Positions 62,201 through 64,000 of a stretch of DNA of 64,000 bases are shown here, piece by piece. The stretch's first letter is position 1. Every line of letters begins with the position of its first letter. Origin of the DNA: Eledone cirrhosa (lineage: Eukaryota); contig OZ024753.1 in the NCBI GenBank assembly GCA_964016885.1, positions 25,048,001 to 25,112,000 of the forward strand, given 5' to 3'. Under the pieces are notes generated by a model that saw only the letters and a program-made list of their open reading frames with translations, was not told the origin of the DNA and made no database searches. The position numbers and the translations under genes were made by a program.

Positions 62201-64000
62201 ACCAAGAATTAGAAACAGGACAGTAATAACTCCAACCAAGATATAGGAACAGGATAGTAATAACTCCAACCAAGACATAGAAACACGATAGTAATAACTC
62301 CAAACTAAATATGGAAACATGATAGTAATAACTCCAATCAAGACATAGAAACAGGATAGTAATAACTCCTACCAAGACATAGAAACAGGATAGTAATAAC
62401 TCCAACCAAGACATAGAAACAGGATAGTAATAACTCCAGCCAAGATATAGAAACAGTATAGTAATAACTCCAACCAAGACATAGAAACAGGATAGTAATA
62501 ACTCCAACCAAGACATAGAAACAGGATAGTAATAACTCCAGCCAAGATATAGAAACAGGATAGTAATAACTCCAACCAAGACATAGAAACATGATAGTAA
62601 TAACTCCAACCAAGATATAGAAACAGGATAGTAATAACTCCAACCAAGACATAGAAACATGATAGTAATAACTCAAACCAAGATATAGAAACAGGATAGT
62701 AATAACTCCAGCCAAGACATAGAAACATGATAGTAATAACTCCAGCCAACACATAGAAACATGATAGTAATAACTCCAGCCAAGATATAGAAACAGGATA
62801 GTAATAACTCCAGTCAAGACATAGAAACATGATAGTAATAACTCCAGTCAAGACATAGAAACATGATAGTAATAACTCCAGCCAAGACATAGCAACATGA
62901 TAGTAATAACTCCAGCCAACACATAGAAACATGATAGTAATAACTCCAGTCAAGACATAGAAACATGATAGTAATAACTCCAGTCAAGACATAGAAACAG
63001 GATAGTAATAACTCCAGTCAAGACATAGAAACATTATAGTAATAACACCAACCAAGACATAGGAACAGGATAGTAATAACTCCAGTCAAGACATAGAAAC
63101 AGGATAGTAATAACTCCAACCAAGACATAGAAACAGGATAGTAATAACTCCAACCAAAATATGGAAACATGATAGTAATAACTCCAACCAAGACATAGAA
63201 ACATGATAGTAATAACTCCAACCAAGACATAGAAACAGGATAGTAATAACTCCAACCAAGATATAGAAATAGGATAGTAATAACTCCAACCAAAATATTG
63301 AAACATGATAGTAATAACTCCAACCAAGATATAGAAACAGGATAGTAATAACTCCAACCAAGACATAGAAACAGGATAGTAATAACTCCAAACTAAATGT
63401 GAAAACATGATAGTAATAACTCCAATCAAGACATAGAAACAGGATAGTAATAACTCCTACCAAGACATAGAAACATGATAGTAATAACTCCAACCAAGAC
63501 ATAGAAACAGGATAGTAATAACTCCAGCCAAGATATAGAAACAGGATAGTAATGAATCCAACCAAGACATAGAAACATGATAGTAATATCTCCAACCAAG
63601 ATATAGAAACAGGATAGTAATAACTCCAACCAAGACATAGAAACATGATAGTAATAACTCCAACCAAGATATAGAAACAGGATAGTAATAACTCCAACCA
63701 AGACATAGAAACATGATAGTAATAACTCAAACCAAGATATAGAAACAGGATAGTAATAACTCCAACCAAGACATAGAAAAAGGATAGTAATAACTCCAGC
63801 CAAGATATAGAAACAGGATAGTAATAACTCCAACCAAGACATAGAAACAGGATAGTAATAACTACAACCAAGATATAGAAACAGGATAGTAATAACTCCA
63901 ACCAAGACATAGAAAAAGGATAGTAATAACTCCAGCCAAGATATAGAAACAGGATAGTAATAACTCCAACCAAGACATAGAAACAGGATAGTAATAACTC
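59250..64000. repeat. Mosaic of blocks homologous to earlier HOR segments
   Basis: 59.4-61.6 kb matches 45.5-47.8 kb (ORF offsets 13906 and 13804). 61.6-62.7 kb matches 39.65-40.8 kb (40000/61930). 63.0-64.0 kb matches the 639/23009/48330 block type. Confidence 0.75.

Larger units (their letters stand above)
1..64000. repeat. 34-bp tandem satellite array, about 1882 monomers, single orientation
   Basis: Monomers start at 1, 35, 69 and so on (TAGAAACAGGATAGTAATAACTCCAGTCAAGATA / TAGAAACATGATAGTAATAACTCCAGTCAAGACA). The last monomer starts at 63978. No non-repeat sequence or inversion was seen. Common variable sites are monomer positions 9 (G/T), 26 (A/G), 27 (C/T) and 33 (C/T). Confidence 0.99.

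Noticed and set aside
163-63973. Hundreds of minus-strand ORFs up to 441 aa resembling multi-pass membrane proteins
   Set aside because: They overlap in all three frames and encode the same periodic peptide. Their starts and stops are set by monomer variants. The period is not a multiple of 3 and there are no unique domains, so they are translation artefacts of the satellite.
1-64000. CRISPR array (the repeat length falls in the CRISPR range)
   Set aside because: Monomers abut directly with no unique spacers, and there is no leader sequence or cas gene.
1-64000. Array of 34-bp recombination sites (loxP/FRT-like) or integron attC cassettes
   Set aside because: The length match is coincidental. 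There are no 13-bp inverted arms around a spacer, no cassette content and no recombinase.
1-64000. Telomerase-type telomeric repeat or G-quadruplex array
   Set aside because: The consensus has no runs of three or more G on either strand. Variation is inherited in kb-scale duplicated blocks rather than by templated addition.
1-64000. Plus-strand coding under a TAA/TAG-reassigned (ciliate-type) code
   Set aside because: The frequent CATGAT variant introduces TGA, the period is not a multiple of 3, and nothing in the window indicates an alternative code.
1-64000. Antigenic-variation or diversity-generating cassette library, or a purposeful digital code in the variants
   Set aside because: There is no expression site, reverse transcriptase or recombinase in the window. 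The variant order is adequately explained by duplication history.

Overview
The whole 64 kb is one uninterrupted, head-to-tail, single-orientation tandem array (satellite DNA) of a 34-bp monomer. The consensus is TAGAAACA(G/T)GATAGTAATAACTCCA(A/G)(C/T)CAAGA(C/T)A, about 50% A on the + strand and about 35% GC. There are 1882 complete monomers plus a 23-bp partial, and both window ends lie inside the array. I see no credible genes, RNA genes, transposons, CRISPR spacers or unique sequence. All tracked ORFs are translations of the repeat's minus strand. The information here lies in the monomer variants. Four common polymorphic sites and many rare marker monomers occur in a conserved order. They reveal nested higher-order repeats (HORs) and duplications at offsets of 5, 7, 19, 21, 36, 47, 50, 79, 97, 104, 142-145, 232-235 and 282 monomers. 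Six small indels account for the entire register drift across the window. A eukaryotic heterochromatic origin (centromeric, pericentromeric or subtelomeric) is an inference; I cannot name the organism or satellite family. I found no evidence of a novel gene-encoded system. HOR block boundaries are approximate and were read by eye; offsets were checked against marker positions and the ORF track.
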